A stretch of DNA of 64,000 nt from a virus: positions 1-64,000 of IMG/VR virus record IMGVR_UViG_3300009709_000021; one strand, given 5' to 3'. Position 1 is the first letter of the stretch. Each line of letters begins with the position of its first letter. Positions 1 to 8,497 of the stretch are shown here, one piece after another. The notes below the pieces were generated by a model that saw only the letters and a list, made by a program, of their open reading frames with translations, was not told where the DNA came from and did not search any database. Made by a program: the position numbers and the translations under genes.

Positions 1-136
1 ATATATATTTTTCAAGAAAATTTTTGTTTTTTTGTAAAAAGACCTTTTTTCCTTTATAAATCAAACACTTAGGTCTTACAAAAACGGAAAATCAATTTTG
101 TAAAGAAATTTTATTTACAGAAATTGAGTAAGAACT

Positions 137-150
137 TGGTATAAGAAAGT
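137..150 (+). promoter_or_regulatory. Recurrent phage promoter motif TGGTATAAGWAA (first of ~14 copies)
   Basis: Same motif starts at 137, 7073, 15970, 16250, 20703, 22899, 27056, 30329, 34085, 40424, 41100, 44449, 44830 and 46721, always + strand and upstream of a gene or RNA. Confidence 0.75.
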
Positions 151-170
151 TAGAGGAGAATATTTCCTCC

Positions 171-288
171 GACTGTTCTCAGGCCTACTACCCCGTTCGG
201 CCACGAGTCCTTGCAAGCGACCCCATCCTCCTCGGTTCTGGTCCTTTGCGGCAAGGAAGTGCCCAGCGGCGCACTGCAGTCTTTTTTT
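171..288 (+). ncRNA. Putative structured small RNA
   Basis: Follows promoter motif; closed by GACTG/CAGTC plus T-run; GC-rich internal hairpins in AT-rich surroundings. Confidence 0.4.
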
Positions 289-308
289 CGTTTAATTAGG
301 AGTTGTCC

Positions 309-521
309 ATGTCTTACCAAGACAGAAAGAAACAAAGAACCGAAGCATACTTGAAGTATACTTATGGTTGGAAATTACGCAAATGTATAGCTTGTAATGG
401 ATCTGGACATTATGATTCAAACGGATCTCCGGACTGCAGTTCATGCGGAGGAACCGGCAAAGAGCGGTATCAGGATGCAACTGCAAATGGAGGGAGTAAT
501 GAAAATCATCTTGGACATTGA
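309..521 (+). CDS. Small DnaJ-type zinc-finger protein
   Basis: CIACNGSG and CSSCGGTG (CxxCxGxG) repeats. Confidence 0.65.
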   Translation: MSYQDRKKQRTEAYLKYTYGWKLRKCIACNGSGHYDSNGSPDCSSCGGTGKERYQDATANGGSNENHLGH

Positions 522-714
522 AGACCGGCCCCTTGGAGCCAATCGTGCGGAATTCATATCAGATGTTGTGCCGAGAGTGGGAGATGTGATAGACTACAAC
601 ACGAACAATACTTTTGAAGTTAAAAGCATTACTTGGATCATATCTCCTGGTTTTAACAAAGAAGTATCGTTTGTTTTAGTCAGAGTAGTAAATCAAGCAG
701 AACTATGTTATTAA
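499..714 (+). CDS. Hypothetical protein
   Basis: GGAG RBS before ATG 499; fills operon before polymerase. Confidence 0.55.
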   Translation: MKIILDIEDRPLGANRAEFISDVVPRVGDVIDYNTNNTFEVKSITWIISPGFNKEVSFVLVRVVNQAELCY

Positions 715-726
715 CAAGGAATTAGT

Positions 727-1995
727 ATGGCAAAGCTAACAGATCTCTCGCTTTCCGACTTGTATGAAAGAAAGATTACAAGTGCAGTAGAGGCAGCGAT
801 CATAGAGAAGGAAGACTTTAGTGTTATTGCACCGATCTATTGTGAGAAGGTCTGCAGACTAAAGTGTAAAAACACTTCTCAGGTCCGTCTTCTCTCAAAT
901 CCCGTTGACATTCTTATTGTGCAAGATGCCAACGTTATGAATGGTAAGTTCGACCGTCAGCATTTACAAGCTGAAAAGAACATGCACAAAATCATTGATT
1001 GGATTTGTAATCAAGCAGGTTTTACTGGCCTGACCTATAGAATTACCAATCTTCTTAAATGTGAATTGACTGAGCCTGACCTTGTTAAAGGTAAGCCCCC
1101 CGCTCAAACCACCTTAATGAAGTGCAAGCCTTATCTTTTAGGTGAAATCGAACGGTGTCAGCCGAAAGCAATTATCAGCTTAAGTACTGCAACGACAAAA
1201 GCGTTGGGGTATGCAAAGGCTAGTAACACTTCCAATCGTGGGGAAATTTTTGACGGTAAAGTTGTCCTTACGTTGCACCCCCGAGTTTTAACAATGATTC
1301 GTCAGAACGCAACGGGTGCAATGTGGAGTGCCGATTACACTGGAGTAGTTATCAAAGACTTCCAGAAAGCTGCTAGAATCGCTCGTGGCGAGCTTGTTAT
1401 TCCCAACCGTGAAGAAGCTATAGGCTTTTATTGGAAGAACCGTATAAAGGTCGCCAGGACCCTTGCTGAAGCAAAAGAGTGCGTAGAGTTTCTCTGGTCT
1501 CTTCCAGCTTCAGCGATTGTATCTGTAGATACGGAGACGACTGGTCTCGATGGTATGGCTGAAGATGCAAGAATCATTACAATTCAATTTGGTTACCGTA
1601 ATCCAGCCACTGGCAATATCGAAGCATGGGTTATTCCTTTGTGGCATAGGGAAAATAAATTCTTCGACCCTGATCTTATTTGGCGAGACATTGCTAATTG
1701 GTTAGAAAGTACTCGGCCTAAAGTTCTACATAACGGCAAATTTGATATGCTATACATTTGGCATACAATGAAAACTCGGGTTAGAAATGTTGTTTTTGAC
1801 ACAATGCTTCTTTTGCACGACTTGGACAGCGGGACACAAGGTTGTTATGGCTTGAAGGCAGCAGTACATGATAGACTGCCTCACTTAGGCTTCCAAGGAT
1901 ATGAAGAGTCGTTGCCCGGTTTAACACGCGCAGCTAAGAACAAAACTGATAACGAGATTGAAGATGGCCAAGAAGATAATTTCGCCAATGAGTGA
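727..1995 (+). CDS. DNA polymerase A N-terminal part: family-4 UDG-like domain plus 3'-5' exonuclease (ExoI, ExoII)
   Basis: Cys cluster CEKVCRLKC, TNLLKC, CKPYLLGEI..P, LHP; ExoI DTETTG; ExoII HNGKFD. Confidence 0.85.
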   Translation: MAKLTDLSLSDLYERKITSAVEAAIIEKEDFSVIAPIYCEKVCRLKCKNTSQVRLLSNPVDILIVQDANVMNGKFDRQHLQAEKNMHKIIDWICNQAGFTGLTYRITNLLKCELTEPDLVKGKPPAQTTLMKCKPYLLGEIERCQPKAIISLSTATTKALGYAKASNTSNRGEIFDGKVVLTLHPRVLTMIRQNATGAMWSADYTGVVIKDFQKAARIARGELVIPNREEAIGFYWKNRIKVARTLAEAKECVEFLWSLPASAIVSVDTETTGLDGMAEDARIITIQFGYRNPATGNIEAWVIPLWHRENKFFDPDLIWRDIANWLESTRPKVLHNGKFDMLYIWHTMKTRVRNVVFDTMLLLHDLDSGTQGCYGLKAAVHDRLPHLGFQGYEESLPGLTRAAKNKTDNEIEDGQEDNFANE

Positions 1996-3616
1996 GTCGG
2001 CAAAGCTAGAGAAAGCAAACAAAATTTATTATGATGCGTTAGCAGAGTCTATCGTCGGTAAGAAAGACGAAAAGAAAATCTACCGTACATACGAAGACTA
2101 CAATTTTGAACAGCTCCTTTGTTATGCAGGGTTAGACTGTATTGCCACGTCGGAACTTTTGGCGAATATGATGCCTGAAATCGCTAGAACACTCCCGCTG
2201 AGAGATACCGATGGTGGAATTGTCCATGCGCCGGCTATCATCGATGTAGCTGAGAAATGGGAAATGCCGGCATTTGAGTTCTTACTTGATATGGAGATTA
2301 CTGGTATCAAGTACGACTGCGACCGGAATCGTAAGATCTCTCTACAAATGGTAGAAGAGATTAGAGGCTTGGAAGAACTTATCTTTGAACAGATTGGAGT
2401 AAAAATCAATCTGGACTCTGGTACGGAAGTTGCCAAACTTCTTTATGACACATTAGGATTTGAACCTCCCTTCAAAACCAAGTCTGGAGATCCAGCAACG
2501 GATGGTACTGCGCTTCTTACTTTAGCTGGACTAGATCCACTGGCTCAGAAATATGTGGCTCCCGACCCGGAAAAACAGTTCTTAGCTTACATGGCTAAAC
2601 GCAGGGATATCAATTCTGTCCATAACACATTCATCAGATCATATATTGAAGATTTTGTGAAGCGTGACGGCCGGGTTCATCCTTCGTATAACATGATTGG
2701 AACTTCAGGATTTCGTATTTCCGGCGATAATCCAAACCTGTTACAATTACCACGTGCTAAACATGGTTATAACGTTCGGGAATGTTTTACGGTTGAAGAT
2801 GGATATGTATTCATTACATTAGACTTTTCTAGTGCTGAAGTAAAAGCATTGGCGAATCTGTGTAAAGATCCAAACATGATGAGTGCTATTGAGAGGGGGC
2901 TGGACTTCCACTCCTTCTCCGCTTCATTGATGCTTGGAATTCCGTATGAAGAATATGTTGCGATTTTGGCAGACAAGACTCATCCGGAATTCAAGCGACT
3001 CAAGCTGTATCGTCAAATTGCTAAAGTATTGACTTTCTCGCTAATTTATGGTTCTTCAGTTGGGGGTATTGCAATGCAATTGAATATGACCAAGGAAGAA
3101 GCGCAGAATCTGATGGATATCTACTTCAAGGCCTACCCGGGTGTGAAGAGGTTCATTGAAGAAAGCCATCAATTGGCAATGCTCAACAAGATTATTGTTA
3201 CGCCGTTTGGTCAACGTAAGCAGCAATATGGCGCAAACCAAGCATTCAAGTCAACAGCGGCGTATAATGCATCTTTGCGTAACTCGTCAAATATCCGGGT
3301 CCAGTCTCCAACTTCCACCATGGGATTAATGACGTTTACTGCTTTGGATCAGGAAATTCGTAAGTTCGGCGCACGTAGTATCTGTACAGTATATGACTCA
3401 ATTGAAATTGAATGTCCAGTTGAACATATGGCGAAATGCATTGAAGCAGGGTATTATTACATGAACGATTGGCCCGTCGAAGCATTTGACTGGCTAGAAC
3501 TTCCAGTAGGATGTGATTGTGAAATTGGTCCTAACTGGGGTCTATTAGAAGGCGTTCACCGTGGTACAACTCAGTTAGAATGTATGGAAATCATGGGTAA
3601 ACTATGGACGAGTTAA
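1988..3616 (+). CDS. DNA polymerase A C-terminal part (ExoIII plus polymerase domain); start may be 1964 or 1988
   Basis: YAGLD (ExoIII), TSGFRISGDNPNL, motif A DFSSAE, motif B RQIAKVLTFSLIYG, motif C VYDS. Confidence 0.9.
   Translation: MSESAKLEKANKIYYDALAESIVGKKDEKKIYRTYEDYNFEQLLCYAGLDCIATSELLANMMPEIARTLPLRDTDGGIVHAPAIIDVAEKWEMPAFEFLLDMEITGIKYDCDRNRKISLQMVEEIRGLEELIFEQIGVKINLDSGTEVAKLLYDTLGFEPPFKTKSGDPATDGTALLTLAGLDPLAQKYVAPDPEKQFLAYMAKRRDINSVHNTFIRSYIEDFVKRDGRVHPSYNMIGTSGFRISGDNPNLLQLPRAKHGYNVRECFTVEDGYVFITLDFSSAEVKALANLCKDPNMMSAIERGLDFHSFSASLMLGIPYEEYVAILADKTHPEFKRLKLYRQIAKVLTFSLIYGSSVGGIAMQLNMTKEEAQNLMDIYFKAYPGVKRFIEESHQLAMLNKIIVTPFGQRKQQYGANQAFKSTAAYNASLRNSSNIRVQSPTSTMGLMTFTALDQEIRKFGARSICTVYDSIEIECPVEHMAKCIEAGYYYMNDWPVEAFDWLELPVGCDCEIGPNWGLLEGVHRGTTQLECMEIMGKLWTS
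2934..2977 (+). repeat. 44-bp direct repeat copy 1 (inside polymerase)
   Basis: 42/44 identical to 4683-4726. Confidence 0.9.
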
Positions 3617-3822
3617 ATTTAGAATTACTCAATATCAATGAGAACGAGTACTACGAGCTAATAGTAGTTTTATTGAAAGCGGGCTCACGTAATTTAATGT
3701 GCGCTTCTTACGAGGCGCATTGGCATTTCAAAGCTCTTCATCAAGGTAAATTTCTTAATTTTCCTTACAATGTAGATCGGGAAAACGAAATAGTATCAGC
3801 TTGGAAGCTGGGCCTCCTTTAA
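3604..3822 (+). CDS. Hypothetical protein
   Basis: ORF overlapping polymerase stop. Confidence 0.5.
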   Translation: MDELNLELLNINENEYYELIVVLLKAGSRNLMCASYEAHWHFKALHQGKFLNFPYNVDRENEIVSAWKLGLL

Positions 3823-3836
3823 TTATTGGAAATATT

Positions 3837-4271
3837 ATGGCAACTCAAACTCAGATTATTAGCAACGAAGCTTTCGACACGGAAGATGATGGAACTCCCA
3901 ATGATATTGACTCTTTCTTTAGTGAAGATGAAGTAAAGACGTTGTTTTTACTATCAATTTGGCAAGAACGTGAAAATATCGTTAAATTTGTTGCATCCCG
4001 TACTCCTGAACAGTTACAAAATATAGCAATTGGAACATTGCTGGACATGATGGTAGGCGGAGTGTTACAAATTATTGATGGGTTGAATCCTGTTTTCCCT
4101 CCTATCGATCTAGTCGCATACCCGGTTGATGGGGATGTTTATCCCTCTTTAGATGGAGATGAAAAAATCATTGAAGAAGGTATGATGTTCAATGACAATT
4201 TTCTCAGCGAAGAATGGGAGAGCTTCGTTCAAATAATGGACGAATCAGAAGAAACAGGTGTTGTACAATGA
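3837..4271 (+). CDS. Very acidic hypothetical protein
   Basis: D/E-rich ORF in operon. Confidence 0.6.
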   Translation: MATQTQIISNEAFDTEDDGTPNDIDSFFSEDEVKTLFLLSIWQERENIVKFVASRTPEQLQNIAIGTLLDMMVGGVLQIIDGLNPVFPPIDLVAYPVDGDVYPSLDGDEKIIEEGMMFNDNFLSEEWESFVQIMDESEETGVVQ

Positions 4272-4750
4272 ACCCCGCATTGAGATTTTGGAAAAAAGTT
4301 TTTGAAGTTCCTTGGGAAATTATCGTTTGCTTCATAGCAGGAAATTTAGGAGTTATTTTCCTTCCATTGGTTATTCTCTGGAATCTCACTTTTGAACGTA
4401 GGGGTATTTTGATATCAGTTCAAGCTGACCTGGAAAGGGAACAGAAACTCAAGGAAGCTAGACAAAAATATCCGGAGAAAAATCCAGAACCAACACAACC
4501 CCGTGAGTATTTTGAAAAGTGGGCGGATGAGGTCGAAGGGTATATCTTGGGAGGCGTTGCTTACCACGAGGGTGACGATAATTTCATTTATAACGACGAT
4601 ACCACCCAGACTGCTTGGGGAGGTTTTCAAGTGGGTGAAAAATATGGTGAGAAAACTACCCTTGAAGGAGTAGCCCGCCAATTTGGAATTCCGTATGATG
4701 AATATGTTGAGATTTTGGCAGACAAGCTCTCTACGATGCCGAGACTGTGA
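4268..4750 (+). CDS. Membrane-anchored hypothetical protein with polymerase-derived C-terminal peptide
   Basis: N-terminal hydrophobic segment; ATGA overlap; GIPYDEYVEILADK tail. Confidence 0.6.
   Translation: MNPALRFWKKVFEVPWEIIVCFIAGNLGVIFLPLVILWNLTFERRGILISVQADLEREQKLKEARQKYPEKNPEPTQPREYFEKWADEVEGYILGGVAYHEGDDNFIYNDDTTQTAWGGFQVGEKYGEKTTLEGVARQFGIPYDEYVEILADKLSTMPRL
4683..4726 (+). repeat. 44-bp direct repeat copy 2
   Basis: 42/44 identical to 2934-2977, same reading frame. Confidence 0.9.
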
Positions 4751-4765
4751 TCAAGGATAGACTTA

Positions 4766-4960
4766 ATGGCTAAATTAATCATAACTTGTTCGTTAGTCCT
4801 ACTTTTTGCAGCATGCACTAACGATGACGAAGCTTATTGTTATAGAGGACACGATGTTCAGTATGTAATTAACGGATCGACATATACAATTCGTATTTGT
4901 GATGAATGGAGAAACCCTTTGGGTAAATATCCAGACCAACCAGTCTCGGCTCCAAAATGA
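4766..4960 (+). CDS. Small putative lipoprotein
   Basis: Signal peptide with lipobox FAAC. Confidence 0.55.
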   Translation: MAKLIITCSLVLLFAACTNDDEAYCYRGHDVQYVINGSTYTIRICDEWRNPLGKYPDQPVSAPK

Positions 4961-5510
4961 AACCTTGTAACTTAGGCATGGATTGCGAGCTTTATGGGGT
5001 CTGTTACGCCGATGCTCATGGTAAACCGAGTATGTGTGGTAAATCAAAGGATACTGAAAATGAGCATCGGATTCCCGGAATTATTTGGAGCAACTCTGTA
5101 CACTACTCTGGGGGCTGGGACACTTATGTGGACCTCGGAATACCTAGAGTATTTGTTTCGAGAAAGTGATTGGTTTGATGAACTGGATGAAGACGAAATA
5201 ACTATAGCTGAAGTACTTCAAGGTACTTTCGTCTTTTTTGGTTTAATTACTCTCACAGGTTTTATCGCTCTTTGCACAGAAATAGGATGGGCTTTAGATG
5301 GATAAGATGTGGAAAACTAATGATGTTATTTTGACTGTGGGCTTGATTATTGAAGCCGCTGGTGGTAAAGTAACTGTTCCTCTGCAACTACTAGCGGAAA
5401 ATTTTAAAGATATAGATCTTGTCGTAGAGCAGACAAAAAACTATGATGGTTCTATAACTTTCGAAACACATCGTAAACCGTATAAATCAGTATAAACTAA
5501 GGATTTAACA

Positions 5511-5732
5511 ATGAATGCAAAGCAATACAAACGTCTCCGTAAGTCCCTTCGTCAGCAAGGCATTAATCCGAAGGAAACAGTGTATATTTCGGAACGAGAC
5601 GTTCTTAGTAATAATCTCCAACCGACTTTGAGTGTTGACCCTAAAGTATTTGGTAATCAGACGATTCTTTTGTATAAAGAATGTGGTCGAGCTGCTTACC
5701 AAGGATTGAAAGCAGCGTTCAAGGCCCTTTAA
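5511..5732 (+). CDS. Small basic hypothetical protein
   Basis: AAGGA RBS; ends just before tRNA. Confidence 0.6.
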   Translation: MNAKQYKRLRKSLRQQGINPKETVYISERDVLSNNLQPTLSVDPKVFGNQTILLYKECGRAAYQGLKAAFKAL

Positions 5733-5739
5733 GCAATAC

Positions 5740-5815
5740 GCCGGTTTAGCTCATTTGGTAGAGCTACTGAATTGTAATCAGTAGGTGGTGGGTTCGAATC
5801 CTACAACCGGCACCA
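5740..5815 (+). tRNA. tRNA-Thr(TGT)
   Basis: GCCGGTT/AACCGGC acceptor, ACTGA-ATTGTAA-TCAGT, TTCGAAT T-loop, CCA. Confidence 0.95.
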
Positions 5816-5981
5816 AATACAAAATCATGCACATCATACTATATCGAATATTATCGGCATTTCTTGTTATATTAGCTACGTTTATGTTTTGCAATAAGCC
5901 TGATAACGACGTAGTAGGTGCCGCAGGTATTGAATTTTTAGGAATAATATTCATATTCATCGCAATTTGTTTGGCTTTACC

Positions 5982-6368
5982 ATGACTAAAGAAATCCTCT
6001 TCTCTGTAACTGCCAACGACTGTGAATGGTCTTACACCAGAGGTACTGGTGCTGGCGGGCAAAAGAAAAATAAAACCTCTTCTGCTGTCCACTGTATTCA
6101 CCATCCTAGCGGCGCTCATGGTTACGCAGAGGATGACAGATCTCAGGCAACAAACCGTAAAACAGCGTTTCAAAGAATGGCCACCTCAAAAGAATTTCAG
6201 AGTTGGCACAAAATGGAAATTCTGCGTCGTTCGGGTAAGATGGCTCAAATTGATGCAGAAGTTGAACGAGAACTTAAGAAAGTAAAAATTGAGGTAAGAC
6301 AAGATGGAAAATGGACTGAAGTTTCCGAGAATGACCTTCGAACCGGCAACGAGCCAGAAGAGAGCTAG
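5982..6368 (+). CDS. Class I peptide release factor-like (ArfB/PrfH-type GGQ) peptidyl-tRNA hydrolase
   Basis: TRGTGAGGQKKNKTSSAV..H.PSG....RSQ..NR motif. Confidence 0.85.
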   Translation: MTKEILFSVTANDCEWSYTRGTGAGGQKKNKTSSAVHCIHHPSGAHGYAEDDRSQATNRKTAFQRMATSKEFQSWHKMEILRRSGKMAQIDAEVERELKKVKIEVRQDGKWTEVSENDLRTGNEPEES

Positions 6369-6936
6369 TATTTTCCTTAGGAAAATAGCAGTTAATACAG
6401 GCAACTGGGGATATGTGCATTACGCAATAGAAAGTGAAGGCATTGAGGCTTTGACGAATAAATACTACGCAGGGCCAGATTCTGAAATGCTTGCACGAAA
6501 TGCGTATCAAGCAATGAAACAAATGGCGAAGGATCTCAAACTTAATATCACATTTGTGAATGAGATAGACTATTAAGTATTATGAGTATCCTGGACGATG
6601 AAGCCGAATGGTGCAGAGAGCAATTAAAAGCTGCAAAGCTTTGGCCTTACAAATGCACCTGTTGGATATTACACACAGAAGAATGTAATAGACAAAAGCT
6701 TCAAAGTCCAGTTGAGCTCGAACAACAGGAGGACGCATGAGTATTTTGTTAATGGCAATAAGTATTATTACTACTCTTATTCCCATCAGTATTTTCGAGT
6801 CAGTTACAGCACGCGATTTTTGGAAAATAGCAGTCTGTGGGACACTGTCAGTAATTTTATTTTGGTCGGATGTAGTATTGATCATAATTTATGTGTATAC
6901 CCACCTAATACTACACGCCGTTTAATATCGTAACTC

Positions 6937-7071
6937 CACTTTAGCTTCACGTATTTAGTTCCCCTCATATTTTCAGGAATAACTAGGAAGTTACTTCCTG
7001 GTGGATTTTCCTGCCCTTTCCCTAGTAGACCTTGGTCAGGGTATAGGTCTGCGACCAGGTGAAACAAAGTG
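6937..7071 (+). ncRNA. Putative structured RNA with H-type pseudoknot
   Basis: CACTTT..TTCAC / GTGAA..AAAGTG closing helix; AGACCT/AGGTCT stem whose loop TGGTC pairs with downstream GACCA. Confidence 0.5.
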
Positions 7072-7356
7072 TTGGTATAAGAACGATAGTAACAACAACC
7101 GGAGTTTTGTTATGTTCGGCATATTCATTATCATCCTGACAATTATTGTTGTATTTTGTTTTATAGCGGCTAGTTTTACACCGAACCCTTCTTTTGCAGT
7201 AATGTGTTTTCTTGGAAGTATTTGCTATTTGCTGGGATTGGTAGATATAGTTGCAATAAGTCTTTGGTTGCTTAATGTAGGACTAACCCACATTCACTTC
7301 CATATCACGTATAGTTGAGCGATTAAACTAGTAGTACTAACTGGAGGTCAGTTAAA

Positions 7357-8472
7357 ATGTCACATTCTGGTCTTAAAACCAATCCAAAAGCCGTTTCTAC
7401 AACGGCAGTAAACCCCGCATTAGCCGTAGTCATTGGCCGATTTCAACCCCTGCATGCAGGGCATCTTGTTCTGATCCGTAAAGCCTTAAGTGTCGCACCC
7501 AATGTTCTTATTCTGGTTGGCTCGTCCCACCAGGCCCGGACAATTAAAAATCCGTTTTCGTACGAAGAGCGCCATGACATGATTGTCAATTCGCTCGATG
7601 CGGAAGAACGTACTCGGGTTGTAGTCTGGGCATTGACGGATAATCTATACTCCGACGATGAATGGATGCTATCTGTCCAGGAGAGCGTCAAGAAAGCCAA
7701 AGCCGCGTTCCAGCATTGGACAGACCATGGTGGGGACGGCCCTACAATTCTGGTCGGCAACAAGAAAGATGAATCCAGTTATTATCTGGACTTGTTCCCG
7801 CAGTACCACTCTGTTAGTCTCGGAGAATTCAAGCTTGGTTTCGATGCGACGCAGGTTCGTCGGATACTATTCGCGGCTTCTACACAGCTCGGCGTTTTGA
7901 AAAGTATGTTGTCTGAGTATACCTACAAGTTCCTTACTGAGAAATTCATCAGCTCGGCGGAATATCAACGACTCAATGAGGAATACTGGTTTCTTCATAA
8001 ATACAAAGAGTCATGGTCCAAGGTGCCATACCCCGTCATCTTTTCGACAGTGGATGCTATTGTTAAGAAGTCTGGTCATATCATTATGGTAACTAGGAAG
8101 AGGGCACCTGGCAAGGACCTCCTAGCTTTGCCAGGGGGATTTGTAAACCAGAATGAGACGTTGAAGCAAGCTGCAATTCGTGAATTAGTGGAGGAAACAA
8201 ACATTGATTTACCTCCGGCGATTCTGAACAACAGCGTCAAGGATATGAAAGTCTTTGACCATCCCGACCGTGATCCTCGTGGTCGGGTGATTTCCAACGT
8301 ATTTCTTTTTGATCTTGATGCAGCCGACAAGAAATACGGCTTACCAAAACTCAAAGCTGGGGATGATGCCAGTGAGTCTGGTTGGCTAGAAATTTCCACA
8401 GTTTTGCGTGATCTTCGTACTCAGATTTACGCTGACCATACCAGTATCATCCGAGAAATGCTCAACGTTTGA
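7357..8472 (+). CDS. nadM: Bifunctional NMN adenylyltransferase / Nudix ADP-ribose pyrophosphatase (NadM-Nudix)
   Basis: GRFQPLHAGH, KNPFS; Nudix box GGFV.....AAIRELVEET; RDPRGR. Confidence 0.95.
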   Translation: MSHSGLKTNPKAVSTTAVNPALAVVIGRFQPLHAGHLVLIRKALSVAPNVLILVGSSHQARTIKNPFSYEERHDMIVNSLDAEERTRVVVWALTDNLYSDDEWMLSVQESVKKAKAAFQHWTDHGGDGPTILVGNKKDESSYYLDLFPQYHSVSLGEFKLGFDATQVRRILFAASTQLGVLKSMLSEYTYKFLTEKFISSAEYQRLNEEYWFLHKYKESWSKVPYPVIFSTVDAIVKKSGHIIMVTRKRAPGKDLLALPGGFVNQNETLKQAAIRELVEETNIDLPPAILNNSVKDMKVFDHPDRDPRGRVISNVFLFDLDAADKKYGLPKLKAGDDASESGWLEISTVLRDLRTQIYADHTSIIREMLNV

Positions 8473-8497
8473 CAATTTAACTTAGTGAGGCACTAAC

